From: Hyphomicrobium sp.
GTDB taxonomy: Bacteria > Pseudomonadota > Alphaproteobacteria > Rhizobiales > Hyphomicrobiaceae
Direction of reading: 5' to 3'
Assembly (NCBI GenBank): GCA_035687305.1
Contig: DASRYA010000181.1
Coordinates: 7,527 to 71,526 of the forward strand
DNA length: 64,000 nucleotides
The stretch's first letter is position 1. Every line of letters starts with the position of its first letter. This document shows, piece after piece, positions 1-8,248 of this stretch. The translations under genes and the position numbers were made by a program. Under the pieces are notes generated by a model. That model did not search any database and was not told the origin of the DNA. It saw nothing but the letters and a program-made list of their open reading frames with translations.

Positions 1-47
1 CAGTGACGTCGCCTGGACAAGCCCATGCAATACGCCATATTCCGCCT

Positions 48-341
48 ATGGCCCAGGCACGCGACATCAAGCTCTCGGACAAGCAGTTCGCTCTGATCGC
101 ACGCGCGCTTGCCGAGCCGCGCCGGCATCAGATCCTGGAGCAGATCGGCGCCGCGGGCGAAGCGCTCGCCTGCACGGAGCTCGCCGGCAAGCACGACGTG
201 AGCGCCGCGACGATGTCGCATCACCTGAAAGAGCTCGAAACCGCTGGGCTCATCGAAGTGACGCGCATCGGCAAGTGCATGAACATGTCGGTCAACCGGC
301 CGGTGCTGCGCGCGTACATCGCGCGCCTCGCGGAGATCTGA
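48..341 (+). CDS. ArsR/SmtB family transcriptional regulator
   Basis: [11 protein letters not shown]...[18 protein letters not shown] winged-HTH signature; ATG at 48 chosen over upstream GTG. Confidence 0.85.
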   Translation: MAQARDIKLSDKQFALIARALAEPRRHQILEQIGAAGEALACTELAGKHDVSAATMSHHLKELETAGLIEVTRIGKCMNMSVNRPVLRAYIARLAEI

Positions 342-411
342 TCCGAACGTGCAGCCAATCGATAAGGGGCGGCCGGCAGCACTGGTGCCACCGGCCGGAA
401 AAAGTCGCCGC

Positions 412-1179
412 TCACTGGCCGAAACGCAGACCGTTGAAGCGGTAGTTGATGCCGACACGTACGAGGCTGCCATCCGTTTCGACATTCCACGTATTGGCGC
501 CGATGGCACCGCCCGGAGGCGTCGTGAGGGTTACCGATCCGAGGTCGTAGTAGAGGTATTCGATCTTCGCCGTCCATGCGCCCTGCAGCGTCGTCTCGAG
601 ACCGCCGCCGATGGTCCAGCCATTGCGGAAGCCGGATGTCGACGCGCTGACGACGGGCGTTCCGCAGAAGATGGTACTGCACGCCTCCAGCACGGAAACG
701 CTCGTATCGGCGCCGATATAGCCGCCAGTGAAATAGAACAGCCAGCCGTTCATCAGCACGCCGAGGCGGCCGCGCAGCGTCATGTAGAAATCGGAATCCG
801 TGGAGGTGGAGGTGTCATAGCCGAAGGGCACGTAGTAACCCCCGCTGCCGGCTAGTCCGAGGTTGCCAAGATCGCCCTCGACACCCAGGATCACAGGGCC
901 ATTCTGCCAGTTGTAGCCGAGCGTGGCGCCAGCCACGACCCCACTGGGCGAAAAGCTCCAGGAATCGTAAAGGATGGACGTTCCACCCACGTCATGGGCG
1001 GTCGAGCTGCCCCAGGTTCCACCCAAATGGGCGCCGAGGTAAAACCCTGCCCAGTTGCTGGAGGACGGTGGATAGAAATCTGTTCCGTAAGCATAGGGCG
1101 TACCGCCGGCGAATGCCTGCTGGGCTGCTCCTGCGATGGATATGAACGCAACACACACGGCAAGCAAATGACGACGCAT
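412..1179 (-). CDS. Outer membrane beta-barrel protein, Omp25/RopB family
   Basis: Signal peptide MRRHLLAVCVAFISIAGAAQQAFA; NWAGFYLGAHLG, GYNWQNG, GWTIGGGLE, KIEYLYYDLG, VRVGINYRF motifs. Confidence 0.85.
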   Translation of the reverse strand: MRRHLLAVCVAFISIAGAAQQAFAGGTPYAYGTDFYPPSSSNWAGFYLGAHLGGTWGSSTAHDVGGTSILYDSWSFSPSGVVAGATLGYNWQNGPVILGVEGDLGNLGLAGSGGYYVPFGYDTSTSTDSDFYMTLRGRLGVLMNGWLFYFTGGYIGADTSVSVLEACSTIFCGTPVVSASTSGFRNGWTIGGGLETTLQGAWTAKIEYLYYDLGSVTLTTPPGGAIGANTWNVETDGSLVRVGINYRFNGLRFGQ

Positions 1180-1378
1180 CAACGCCTCCTCGGAAGCTAC
1201 AGACTGAAGGGACGCATGCACTGGACGGCGTTATCCGTAGGCGAAAAGAGGCTTCCTGTGGTGCGGTTGTCCCAGTGTGTCCCCGCTATCAACAACCGCC
1301 GGCAGGAACTTTCCGCGCTGTGATGCAGAAAGCACTGTGGGCGGAAGCCCGGCGCTCACGCCCTCGATCGGAAACGGT

Positions 1379-2443
1379 ATGACCGCGTTTCGCAGAACCC
1401 TCACGAGCCCGGCGGATCTGGCGGATGGAGGTCTCATCTCCCCGGAGCGCGCGGCCGCGATGAAGGAGGTCGCCCAGCGCTATGCGCTAGCCATTACGCC
1501 GGCGATGGCCCAGCTCATCGCGTCGGGGGACAATGACGACCCCATTGCCCGCCAGTTCATCCCCGATCCGCGCGAGCTTCAGCATACGCGAAGCGAGAGC
1601 CCCGATCCCATCGGCGATGGCCTCAAGAGCCCCGTGCCCGGCATCGTCCATCGATATCCGGACCGCGTGCTCCTGAAGCTCGTGCATGTCTGCCCCGTCT
1701 ACTGCCGCTTCTGCTTCCGGCGCGAGATGGTGGGACCGGGCAAGAGCACCGCGCTATCGGACACCGAGTTTTCCGCAGCGCTCGATTATGTGCGTGCGAA
1801 CCCACAAATCTGGGAAGTGATCCTGACCGGCGGGGATCCGCTCATCTTATCTCCGCGTCGCATTGCCGAGGTGACGGCGGCGCTAAGTGCGATCCCACAC
1901 GTGAAGATCCTGCGCTGGCATTCCCGCGTGCCCGCCGTCGCACCGGAGCGCGTCACGCCGCAGCTGGTCGAGGCTCTCAGCACGGGCGACAAAACCGTTT
2001 ACGTCGCCCTCCACGCCAACCATCCGCGCGAGCTCGGCGACGCTGCACGTGCCGCCTGCAAGCGCATGGTCGACGGCGGCATCGCTATGGTCAGCCAGAC
2101 GGTGCTGCTGAAAGGCGTCAACGACGACGTCGAAACGCTGGCAGCGCTCATGCGCCGGTTCGTGGAGCTGCGGGTGAAGCCCTACTATCTGCACCACGGC
2201 GACCTCGCGCCCGGCACCTCGCACCTGCGCACCACCATTGCCGACGGGCAGGCCTTGATGGGCGCCCTGCGCGCGCGGCTCTCCGGGCTCGCGATGCCGA
2301 CCTACGTTCTCGATATCCCCGGCGCCCACGGCAAAGTCCCCATCGGCCCGCAATACCTCTCAGCCGCAGGCAGCGGCGAAACGGTAATCACCGATCCCAG
2401 CGGCAGCGAGCACCTCTATTCCGACTGCGCGCCGCCCGAATAG
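1379..2443 (+). CDS. Lysine 2,3-aminomutase-like radical SAM protein (KamA/EpmB family)
   Basis: HRYPDRVL, CPVYCRFCFRR (CxxxCxxC), LTGGDPL, QTVLLKGVND, PYYLHH, PGAHGKVP (PLP lysine). Confidence 0.9.
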   Translation: MTAFRRTLTSPADLADGGLISPERAAAMKEVAQRYALAITPAMAQLIASGDNDDPIARQFIPDPRELQHTRSESPDPIGDGLKSPVPGIVHRYPDRVLLKLVHVCPVYCRFCFRREMVGPGKSTALSDTEFSAALDYVRANPQIWEVILTGGDPLILSPRRIAEVTAALSAIPHVKILRWHSRVPAVAPERVTPQLVEALSTGDKTVYVALHANHPRELGDAARAACKRMVDGGIAMVSQTVLLKGVNDDVETLAALMRRFVELRVKPYYLHHGDLAPGTSHLRTTIADGQALMGALRARLSGLAMPTYVLDIPGAHGKVPIGPQYLSAAGSGETVITDPSGSEHLYSDCAPPE

Positions 2444-2518
2444 GGCGCTACGGATCCGAAAAAATCGCGCACCCGTGCGCGTGTAATATCTGAACCGGCC
2501 CGCTTTGGTTGCCACCGC

Positions 2519-2534
2519 TGGCAACTCCCTTGCA
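2519..2534 (+). promoter_or_regulatory. Candidate sigma54 (-24/-12) promoter
   Basis: TGGCAACTCCCTTGCA has exact GG-N10-GC spacing and matches TGGCAC-N5-TTGCW; ~100 nt upstream of the 2636 start (RBS GGGAGG). Confidence 0.55.
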
Positions 2535-2635
2535 CGGCGCCGTCAATCGATGCCAAAGTGTCGCAATAAACGTGACTCCCGCCAGGCGGTGCCAGCCGGG
2601 CGAGGCGGTCAATAATATCCCGTGGGAGGATAATA

Positions 2636-4783
2636 ATGGACGACCAAGCCGGCCGTAAGACTTTCTTCGGCTCTTGCCCGCACGACTGCCCCGACACGTG
2701 CGCCATGATCTACGAAGTCGAGGACGGCAAGCTCGTCAATGTCAAAGGCAACAAAGACCACCCGTATACGCGCGGCACGCTTTGCGTGAAGCTCAAGGAC
2801 TTCCACGACCACCACGCCAATCCCGACCGCCTGATGTATCCCTTGCGCCGTGTCGGCCCGAAGGGCACCGGCCCGAATGGCGGCAACCATTTCGAACGCA
2901 TCACCTGGGATGAGGCGATCTCCGAAATCGGGCGCCGCTGGCGCGAGATCATCGAAAAGTATGGCTCACAGGCCATCATGCCCTACAGCTATCTGGGCAA
3001 CATGGGGCTCGTGCAGGGCATCAATTCCGGTGACCCTTTCTTCAACCGTCTCGGCTCGACGGTGAACGAGAAAACGTTCTGCACGTCGGGGTCGTCGTCC
3101 GCATGGCTGCTGACCAACGGTCCGACCGGCGGCGTCGATCCGGAAAGCTTCGTGCATTCGAAGTATATCGTCATCTGGGCGTGCAATTCGATCTCGACCA
3201 ACCTGCACCATTGGCCCTTCGTGCTCGAAGCGCAGAAACGCGGCGCTAAAATCGTCGTCGTCGATGCCTTCCGCTCGCGCACCGCGAAGGGCGCCGACTG
3301 GCACATCTGTCCGCGCCCCGGCACCGACGGCGCGCTCGCGATGGGCGTCATCAATTCGATGATCGAACAGGGTCTCGTCGATCAGGACTATGTCGACAAC
3401 TATACCATCGGCTACCCCGAGTTGAAGGCGCGGGCGAAGGAGTTTACGCCGGAATACGTGGAATCCGTTACCGGCGTGAAGGCGGAGGACGTCGTCAAGT
3501 TTGCGCGCGAGTTCGCGACCGCGCAGCCATCCGCCATCCGCATCGGCGTCGCCATCGAGCGGTCAGCCGGCGGCGCCCAGGCCTCGCGCGCGATCTACTG
3601 CCTGCCGGCGCTTGCCGGCTCATGGCGCCATGTCGGCGGCGGCGTGCTGCAGCTTCCGCTTTGGGAGTTCCCCGTCGACTGGGTGAAGGCCGCGCGGCCC
3701 GACTGGATCAAGCCCGGTACCCGTGTCGTCAACAACCTGCGTCTCGGCCAGGCTCTCAACGGCGAGATGAAGCTCGACCCGCCGATCAAGAGCCTGTTCG
3801 TCTTCTGCACCAATCCGGTGAGCCAGTCGCCGGAAACCAACAAGATCGTCGAGGGCCTGAAGCGCGAAGACCTCTTCACCGTCGTCGCCGAGCACTTCAT
3901 CACCGACACGGCGAAGTATGCCGACATCATTCTGCCTTCCGCGATGGCCGCGGAAGCGGAAGACATGATGTGGTCATGGGGCCATTTCTATCTGACCTAT
4001 AACGAGAAGGCGATCGATCCGCCCGGCGAGTGCAAGCCGACGAGCGAGATGTGGCGCCTGCTCGCCAAGGAGATGGGCTTCGACGATCCGGTCTTCAAAA
4101 TGACCGACAGTGAGCTGTGTGCCGCCTACATCCAGTGGAACGATGCCAAAATGGCGGGTGTCGACATGGATTATTTCAAGACGCACGGCTTTTTCCGCAT
4201 CAACGTCGGCACCGCCGACGATCGCGCACCGCACGTCGAGGGTAACTTCCCCACGCCGTCCGGCAAGATAGAGATGCTCTTGAAGGACGCGCGGAACTTC
4301 GTGGCACCACCCTTCCGCGCAATGTACGAAGGCGAGCAGGATGGCACATTGCTCGACCCCCTGCCGGGCTACGTGCCGGTGCGCGAGTCGCCACACACCA
4401 ACCCCGAGCTCGCCAAGCGTTATCCACTCAACATCATCTCGCCGAAGAGCCACGCATTCCTCAACTCGTGCTACGCGAACGAGCCGCACAAGATCCGTAT
4501 CCAGGGCGAGCAATACGTCATGATCTCGCCAAAGGATGCGCAAGCGCGCAACATTCGCGAAGGCGATCCGGTGCGCGTTGCGAATGACCGTGGAACCTTC
4601 GAGGGCGTTGCACGCGTAACGGATGACGTCAATCCGGGCATCGTGGTTGCCACGCTCGGCTATTGGCGATCCCTCAACCGCTCCGACGGATCGGTCAATT
4701 CGATCTCGTCCGACGCTTGGTCGGGCATCGGGCGCGCGCCGACATTCTCTGACAACCTCGTCGAGGTAACCCGCGTCAACTAG
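2636..4783 (+). CDS. Molybdopterin (bis-MGD) oxidoreductase, DMSO reductase superfamily, cytoplasmic
   Basis: N-terminal CPHDCPDTC...LC Fe-S motif, ERITWDEA, PRPGTDGALA, TDTAKYADIILP, C-terminal molybdopterin dinucleotide-binding domain; no Tat signal. Confidence 0.9.
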   Translation: MDDQAGRKTFFGSCPHDCPDTCAMIYEVEDGKLVNVKGNKDHPYTRGTLCVKLKDFHDHHANPDRLMYPLRRVGPKGTGPNGGNHFERITWDEAISEIGRRWREIIEKYGSQAIMPYSYLGNMGLVQGINSGDPFFNRLGSTVNEKTFCTSGSSSAWLLTNGPTGGVDPESFVHSKYIVIWACNSISTNLHHWPFVLEAQKRGAKIVVVDAFRSRTAKGADWHICPRPGTDGALAMGVINSMIEQGLVDQDYVDNYTIGYPELKARAKEFTPEYVESVTGVKAEDVVKFAREFATAQPSAIRIGVAIERSAGGAQASRAIYCLPALAGSWRHVGGGVLQLPLWEFPVDWVKAARPDWIKPGTRVVNNLRLGQALNGEMKLDPPIKSLFVFCTNPVSQSPETNKIVEGLKREDLFTVVAEHFITDTAKYADIILPSAMAAEAEDMMWSWGHFYLTYNEKAIDPPGECKPTSEMWRLLAKEMGFDDPVFKMTDSELCAAYIQWNDAKMAGVDMDYFKTHGFFRINVGTADDRAPHVEGNFPTPSGKIEMLLKDARNFVAPPFRAMYEGEQDGTLLDPLPGYVPVRESPHTNPELAKRYPLNIISPKSHAFLNSCYANEPHKIRIQGEQYVMISPKDAQARNIREGDPVRVANDRGTFEGVARVTDDVNPGIVVATLGYWRSLNRSDGSVNSISSDAWSGIGRAPTFSDNLVEVTRVN

Positions 4784-4902
4784 ACCATGATCGCTTCGGA
4801 CCCTATCCGTCCGAAGCGTGAATCATCGGACTAATCAAAAGACAGACCATGATCGCCTCGGACCCTATCAGTCCGAAGCGTCGATCATCGGTCTAATCAA
4901 AA
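4780..4902. repeat. Tandem pair of ~59-bp palindromic (REP-like) units
   Basis: 4782-4840 and 4844-4902 match at 54/59 positions; each folds as agacc-atgat-cgcttcggac/loop/gtccgaagcg-atcat-gg(t/a)ct; the first starts at CTAG containing the upstream stop codon. Confidence 0.85.
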
Positions 4903-4946
4903 ACTGAAGCCGCATCGCGATTCGAACAATCGCGATCGTATTCTCC

Positions 4947-4987
4947 AAGGGCGCATCCTGATCATCAGCGATGCGCCTTTCTATTTT
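4947..4987 (+). terminator. Rho-independent terminator candidate
   Basis: aagggcgcatc...gatgcgccttt stem followed by ctatttt. Confidence 0.6.
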
Positions 4988-5161
4988 GGCGGTAGCCGAC
5001 GAGAGCAAGTCTCGCAGAGCCGGCTTAGATCAGCGTGCACACCATCGTGCAACAAACTCTGATTGCGGAGTTTTGCGAATCCCACGATTAACGACTGAAT
5101 TGTTTTCAGCGTTTTATTCGCCCCACACCCAATAACAACGTGCCCCGTACGGAGATACTCC

Positions 5162-6073
5162 ATGCCGAAGAAGCACCTGCTTTTGGCGTGCGCTGCGTTG
5201 TGCCTTTTTTCCGGGAAGGTGGCACTGGCCGGCGATCTTCCTGCCGTATCGGGACCCAACGGCAAATTCAGCGTCGAGGGTGGCGCTTATGACGACGCAG
5301 CGGCAGGCCTTGCAGTCGGAAGCTTCGCCCTTCCCCTCGGTCACGCGTTCGGCTTGCAGGCTGACGGCGCGATCGGCAACGTTGATGGCGACATTCTCGG
5401 CGGCGGCGGGCTGCATCTCTTCACCCGCGATCCTTCGAGCCACTTGCTCGGCATCTACGGCAGCTATCATACCTGGAATTCCATCGACGTATGGCGCCTC
5501 GCCGGCGAGGCGGAGCTGTATCTAGGTCGCTTCACGCTCTCCGGTCTTGCCGGATACGAGAGCCTCGACGTTCCTGGGCAGATCAGCGGCCAGATCGTAC
5601 TGACGCCCGACGACAAGCACTTCTTCGGCCAGGGTGATGTCGCCTACTACATCAACGACGACTTCAAAGTTTACGGTGGCTATCGCTACATCAACGAAAC
5701 CAGTTTCGGCTCGGCGGGCGCCGAATATCTCCTGCGCGATCATGGCGTGCCGGTCTCGCTTTTCGCGCGCGGAGACTTCGGCAATGGCGACTACAACGGC
5801 ATTACCGGCGGACTGAAAATCTACCTCAGCGACGACAGCAACAAATCGCTCATCGACCGCAATCGGCGCGACGATCCGGAAGTTTACATGCCGGTATTTC
5901 CGAAGCTGGCGACCAAATCGGCGGGCAACCAATGTTCGTCCGGGCCTGCCCCCATGTATAAGGTGTCGTCGAACACGGATTGCACATGCGGTCCAGGCAC
6001 ACCCCGTGCTGGGCAAGGCCCTCAATACATCAGCGCCGCGGGCGGCTTCTACACCTGCGGAAATCCGATTTAG
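5162..6073 (+). CDS. Secreted/outer-membrane beta-barrel-like hypothetical protein with Cys-rich C-terminal tail
   Basis: RBS GGAG, signal peptide, alternating Gly/aromatic beta-strands, then SLIDRNRRDDP and a ~50 aa tail with 4 Cys. Confidence 0.7.
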   Translation: MPKKHLLLACAALCLFSGKVALAGDLPAVSGPNGKFSVEGGAYDDAAAGLAVGSFALPLGHAFGLQADGAIGNVDGDILGGGGLHLFTRDPSSHLLGIYGSYHTWNSIDVWRLAGEAELYLGRFTLSGLAGYESLDVPGQISGQIVLTPDDKHFFGQGDVAYYINDDFKVYGGYRYINETSFGSAGAEYLLRDHGVPVSLFARGDFGNGDYNGITGGLKIYLSDDSNKSLIDRNRRDDPEVYMPVFPKLATKSAGNQCSSGPAPMYKVSSNTDCTCGPGTPRAGQGPQYISAAGGFYTCGNPI

Positions 6074-6177
6074 CGAATACGAGCACAGGCCCTCCGCGCA
6101 CATCGAGGGCTAGGGATCGCTTCGTTCGTCCGCTAGACTACGGGAGGAGATTGGCAGCCCGCGGAAAGGACGTGGAC

Positions 6178-7134
6178 GTGGCGCATCTTGTTGGCGACAT
6201 CGGCGCCACCAATGCACGATTTGCACTTGTCGATGACGATGGCTCTCTCGCGCACTTCGCCAGCTTCCTCTGCGAGGACTATCCGGGCATAGGCGAGGCC
6301 ATCGATGCCTACCTGTCGCAAGCGAACACTGCGCGACCGACGCACGCGGCGCTGGCGGTCGCGACGACACCCGATGGCGATAGCGTCTCCTTCACCAACA
6401 ACCCGTGGGCGTTTTCGATCGATGCCCTCACCCGCCGCTTCGGCTTCTCGCATCTCACCGTGGTCAACGATTTCCACGCCAACGCGCTCGCCCTGCCGCA
6501 CCTGTCAGCCAGTGATGTCATGCAGGTCGGCGGCGGAACGTTCCTCGACCGTGCGCCGAAGGGCGTGATCGGACCCGGGTCGGGCCTGGGCGTTGCCGCG
6601 TGCGTGTGGGACGGAGAACGCTACATGGCGCTGGCGGGTGAAGGCGGTCATGTCACCATGCCGCCGGCGGATGAAACCGAAAACGAGGTGCTTGCGCTCC
6701 TCCGCCGCCGCTTCGATCACGTCTCCGCGGAGCGCGTCCTCTCGGGCCCCGGCCTCGTCCATCTCTACGAGGCGCTGTGCGAAGTGAAAGGGCAGCGCTC
6801 TCCCGGGATCACCGCGGCGCAAATCACCGACGCCGCCACAGCCGAGCGCGATATATGCGCGGCAGAAGCCGTCGCGATGTTCTGTGCGATGCTCGGCACA
6901 GTCGCCGGCAATCTCGCGCTCACGATCGGTGCGCGCGGCGGGATCTACATCGCCGGTGGCATCGTTCCACGCCTCGGAGTGCGCTTCGCGCAGTCTCCAT
7001 TCCGCGCGCGTTTCGAGGATAAGGGCCGCTTCCGCGACTATCTCGCGGGCGTGCCGACGTCGGTTATCGTACGCCACGATGCGGCGCTGCTCGGCGCCGC
7101 AGCGCTTCTGGCCGAAGCGTCCCCTGCGACCTAG
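6178..7134 (+). CDS. glk: Glucokinase
   Basis: LVGDIGATNARFA, VNDFHA, IGPGSGLG, GEGGH, SAERVLSGPGL, GGIYIAGGI, F.DKGRF; RBS AAAGGA before GTG. Confidence 0.92.
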   Translation: MAHLVGDIGATNARFALVDDDGSLAHFASFLCEDYPGIGEAIDAYLSQANTARPTHAALAVATTPDGDSVSFTNNPWAFSIDALTRRFGFSHLTVVNDFHANALALPHLSASDVMQVGGGTFLDRAPKGVIGPGSGLGVAACVWDGERYMALAGEGGHVTMPPADETENEVLALLRRRFDHVSAERVLSGPGLVHLYEALCEVKGQRSPGITAAQITDAATAERDICAAEAVAMFCAMLGTVAGNLALTIGARGGIYIAGGIVPRLGVRFAQSPFRARFEDKGRFRDYLAGVPTSVIVRHDAALLGAAALLAEASPAT

Positions 7135-7235
7135 AGCCGTTCTGCTTTTCGTTGAGCCGCAGCACGCCTCTGTCTCTTTAATTGCCCGTGCTTCTTATCG
7201 GAAAACCGGTGCCCACTTTTCGGGAAGCACTCTAG
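7131..7235. repeat. CTAG-bounded palindromic intergenic repeat (RIME/Bru-RS-like), copy 1
   Basis: CTAGAG...CTCTAG ends; 7187-7235 is the reverse complement of 20373-20421 (48/49 identical) and 7131-7145 equals 20435-20449. Confidence 0.85.
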
Positions 7236-8248
7236 GCTACGTTGCCGATCTCTTCATCGATCATCAGCGGCGGCTCGTGCAGATACCGCGTCGCCTTGCG
7301 CTTGGCCTCGATGTCCTGCCACACGAGCGAGACCTGCTCCTCGGTGAGACGCGCCGCGTGAGCGACCTCGGCGGCGGAAATGCCATTCTCCAAGCCGTAA
7401 AGGCAGAGGTCCATCTGCTCGTAGGGGAGCGCGAAGTAGAACTCCTCCTGCGTCTGCGCCATCGACCACGTGTCGGTCGTCGGCGGCCGGCGGCGGATCT
7501 CGGCCGGAACCCCCAGCTCCTCGGCGAGCTGATAAACCTGCGACTTGTAGAGGTGCGCGATGGGCTTGAAGTCGGCGGCGCCATCGCCGTTCTTGACGAA
7601 GAAACCCTGGTCGTATTCCAGCCGGTTCGGCGTGCCCGCCACCGCATAGTTGAGGCGGTCCGCGTGGTAGTATTCGAGCTGCTTGCGAATGCGCTGCTTC
7701 ATGTTCGTCGCTGCGACGACAGCCTGATAGACGGCGATGGGCATGCGGGCCTCGCGGCGCTCACCCGCGGGCGTTTCAACGACGAGCCGCGTGAGGCTGT
7801 AACGGTTGCCGTGCAGCACGTTCGACAGCACGACCTTGCAGCTCCAGTCGGGCCCATAGTCGGGAAAGAGTTCGCGGATGGCGCCATCCCGCCGGAGATA
7901 GCAGCCAGCGGCGGCGAGCGTCGGCGCGATATCTTCCACCACATGCCCGATGCCGTAGGTCTCGGCGACGAGCCGCCCGAGGCGCAGGCTTTCCGGATCG
8001 GAATCCTTCTCCGGCATTAGCACCGCCATCACGTTTGCGGGACCGAGCGCTGCAGCGCACAGCGCCGCCGTGACGCTCGAATCGATGCCGCCCGACAGCC
8101 CGATCACCGCACCGCGGCGTCGCAGCCGGCGCAGCACCTGGTTCGAGATCCCCTGCGTGATGGCGCGGACGGCGGTCGCCGCGTCGAGCCGCAGCGTTTC
8201 CCGCGAAAACGGACGCTTGATGTGAGCGACATTGTCAGTGCGGTGCAT
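7232..8248 (-). CDS. nadE: NH3-dependent NAD synthetase-like ATP pyrophosphatase (cluster-associated NadE paralogue)
   Basis: GLSGGIDSS PP-loop, ATNMKQRIR, GTPNRLE..GFFVKNGDG, PIAHLYKSQVYQLA; no glutaminase domain; ~55 aa internal insertion. Confidence 0.8.
   Translation of the reverse strand: MHRTDNVAHIKRPFSRETLRLDAATAVRAITQGISNQVLRRLRRRGAVIGLSGGIDSSVTAALCAAALGPANVMAVLMPEKDSDPESLRLGRLVAETYGIGHVVEDIAPTLAAAGCYLRRDGAIRELFPDYGPDWSCKVVLSNVLHGNRYSLTRLVVETPAGERREARMPIAVYQAVVAATNMKQRIRKQLEYYHADRLNYAVAGTPNRLEYDQGFFVKNGDGAADFKPIAHLYKSQVYQLAEELGVPAEIRRRPPTTDTWSMAQTQEEFYFALPYEQMDLCLYGLENGISAAEVAHAARLTEEQVSLVWQDIEAKRKATRYLHEPPLMIDEEIGNVA

Noticed and set aside
4782-4902. Possible mini CRISPR array
   Set aside because: Only two 59-bp units separated by 3 nt, no spacers and no cas genes
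6884-8020. Peptide [16 protein letters not shown] shared with the ORF starting at 20430
   Set aside because: It is a translation of the non-coding CTAG repeat in two shadow ORFs, not a protein motif
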